From the sequence record EF517038.1: a stretch of DNA of 541 nt. One strand, written 5' to 3'. This document shows positions 1-541 of this stretch, piece after piece. The DNA comes from a phage. The notes under the pieces are model-generated. The model was not told the origin of the DNA. It saw only the letters and a list, made by a program, of their open reading frames with translations, and searched no databases. Made by a program: the position numbers and the translations under genes. Positions within the stretch are counted from its first letter, which is position 1. Every line of letters begins with the position of its first letter.

Positions 1-292
1 TACTGTGGAGGCAGGACGAGATGAGATGGCTGTAGGCTCTCACGCTAAGGATTACAATCACAACTCTATCGGCGTCTGCCTTGTTGGTGGTATCGACGAT
101 AAAGGTAAGTTCGACGCTAACTTTACGCCAGCCCAAATGCAATCCCTTCGCTCACTGCTTGTCACACTGCTGGCTAAGTACGAAGGCGCTGTGCTTCGCG
201 CCCATCATGAGGTGGCGCCGAAGGCTTGCCCTTCGTTCGACCTTAAGCGTTGGTGGGAGAAGAACGAACTGATCACTTCTGACCGTGGATAA
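1..292 (+). CDS. 3.5: T7-type lysozyme / N-acetylmuramoyl-L-alanine amidase (Amidase_2/PGRP fold, also the T7 RNA polymerase inhibitor), C-terminal part; 5' end lies upstream of the window
   Basis: Reading frame starts at position 2 (act gtg gag gca... = T V E A G R D E M A V G S H A K D Y N H N S I G V C L V G G I D D K G K F D A N F T P A Q M Q S L R S L L V T L L A K Y E G A V L R A H H E V A P K A C P S F D L K R W W E K N E L I T S D R G), ending at TAA 290-292. The frame is open back to the window edge, so the Met at 5-7 in the ORF track is internal, not the true start. The translation matches the C-terminal ~96 residues of T7 gene 3.5 lysozyme as I recall it almost residue for residue, including the RAHHEVAPKACPSF segment that carries the zinc-ligand His and Cys and the catalytic Lys of the amidase. 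Confidence 0.95.
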   Translation, partial: TVEAGRDEMAVGSHAKDYNHNSIGVCLVGGIDDKGKFDANFTPAQMQSLRSLLVTLLAKYEGAVLRAHHEVAPKACPSFDLKRWWEKNELITSDRG

Positions 293-293
293 T

Positions 294-316
294 TAATTGA
301 ACTCACTAAAGGGAGA
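294..316 (+). promoter_or_regulatory. T7 RNA polymerase promoter, class II type (phi3.8); predicted +1 is G311
   Basis: TAATTGAACTCACTAAAGGGAGA at 294-316 aligns with the 23-nt T7 promoter consensus TAATACGACTCACTATAGGGAGA (-17 to +6). It matches at 19 of 23 positions, with mismatches at -13, -12, -11 and -2; the conserved CTCACT core and the GGGAGA initiation region are intact. It sits in the right place and orientation to drive the downstream gene, and the whole 294-323 stretch agrees with my memory of the T7 phi3.8 promoter. Confidence 0.9.
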
Positions 317-339
317 CCACAGCGATTTCCCTTTGTTCG
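298..339 (+). promoter_or_regulatory. Candidate RNA hairpin in read-through transcripts, possibly the RNase III processing site (R3.8) known in this T7 intergenic region
   Basis: Hand-folded: upper stem 308-316 (AAAGGGAGA) pairs with 326-334 (TTTCCCTTT), 9 bp including one G-U, with a 9-nt loop at 317-325. A lower stem 298-302 (TGAAC) pairs with 335-339 (GTTCG), 5 bp including one G-U, separated from the upper stem by a 5-nt bulge at 303-307. T7 is known to have an RNase III site between phi3.8 and gene 3.8. Folding energy was not computed. Confidence 0.4.
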
Positions 340-343
340 CATT

Positions 344-348
344 GGAGG
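344..348 (+). promoter_or_regulatory. Shine-Dalgarno ribosome-binding site for the downstream HNH endonuclease gene
   Basis: GGAGG at 344-348, followed by a 7-nt spacer (TCAAATA) and then ATG at 356-358. Core SD sequence at optimal spacing. Confidence 0.75.
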
Positions 349-355
349 TCAAATA

Positions 356-541
356 ATGCGCAAGTCTTATAAACAATTCTATAAGGCTCCGAGGAGGCAT
401 ATCCAAGTGTGGGAGGCAGCCAATGGGCCTATACCAAAAGGTTATTATATAGATCACATTGACGGCAATCCACTCAACGACGCCTTAGACAATCTCCGTC
501 TGACTCTCCCAAAAGAAAACTCATGGAACATGAAGACTCCA
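356..541 (+). CDS. 3.8: HNH endonuclease (HNH_3-type, T7 gp3.8-like), N-terminal 62 codons; 3' end lies beyond the window
   Basis: ATG at 356 preceded by the SD at 344-348; the frame is open to the window end (position 541 completes a codon). Translation: MRKSYKQFYKAPRRHIQVWEAANGPIPKGYYIDHIDGNPLNDALDNLRLTLPKENSWNMKTP. The segment Y-I-D-H-I-D-G-N-x2-N-D-x2-D-N-L-R-L-x-L-x2-E-N is the characteristic HNH_3 signature (catalytic His34, Asn38, Asn46, then E-N). Position immediately downstream of lysozyme and the phi3.8 promoter matches T7 gene 3.8. Absent from the ORF track only because there is no in-window stop. Confidence 0.9.
   Translation, partial: MRKSYKQFYKAPRRHIQVWEAANGPIPKGYYIDHIDGNPLNDALDNLRLTLPKENSWNMKTP

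Noticed and set aside
5-7. ATG at 5-7 listed as the start of the 95-aa ORF
   Set aside because: The frame is open upstream to the window edge (T-V-E-A-G-R-D-E precedes and includes this Met) and the protein matches the internal and C-terminal part of T7 lysozyme. This Met is an internal residue and the true start is upstream of the window.
81-272. 63-aa ORF in an alternative + frame (MLVVSTIKVSS...) from the ORF track
   Set aside because: It lies entirely inside the lysozyme coding region in a different frame, has no SD-like sequence upstream of its ATG, and the high-confidence lysozyme frame fully explains this DNA. It is most likely a chance open frame.
291-300. AT-rich AATTAATTGA immediately after the lysozyme stop, considered as a terminator tail or bacterial -10 element
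   Set aside because: There is no upstream GC-rich stem followed by a T-run as an intrinsic terminator needs, and the sequence is fully accounted for as the upstream (-17 to -11) part of the T7-type promoter.
411-449. GGGAGG at 411-416 followed by an out-of-frame ATG at 423-425, resembling an internal SD plus start
   Set aside because: The frame from that ATG terminates after about 9 codons (TAG at 450-452) and lies inside the HNH endonuclease coding frame. The purine-rich motifs simply encode R-R and W-E-A in the main frame.
1-541. Scan for CRISPR repeats, tandem or inverted repeats, tRNA-like structure, and minus-strand genes
   Set aside because: No repeated units of 12 nt or more, no cloverleaf-compatible segment, and no minus-strand ORF of meaningful length were seen. 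The window is about 88% coding on the + strand.

Overview
This window is the gene 3.5 / gene 3.8 junction of a bacteriophage T7-like (Autographiviridae) genome, identified by recall since no search could be run. It contains three things, all on the + strand: the 3' ~290 nt of the T7 lysozyme gene (N-acetylmuramoyl-L-alanine amidase, also the T7 RNA polymerase inhibitor); a 23-nt T7 RNA polymerase promoter matching phi3.8, starting 2 nt after the lysozyme stop; and the first 62 codons of an HNH endonuclease gene (T7 gp3.8-like), which runs off the window end and is therefore absent from the ORF track. I see nothing on the minus strand and no sign of a new system: this is a compact, well-characterised phage region. 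The points worth a second look are the promoter's departures from consensus, a hairpin overlapping the promoter that may be the RNase III site known in this intergenic region, and a few possible amino-acid differences from the T7 reference as I remember it.
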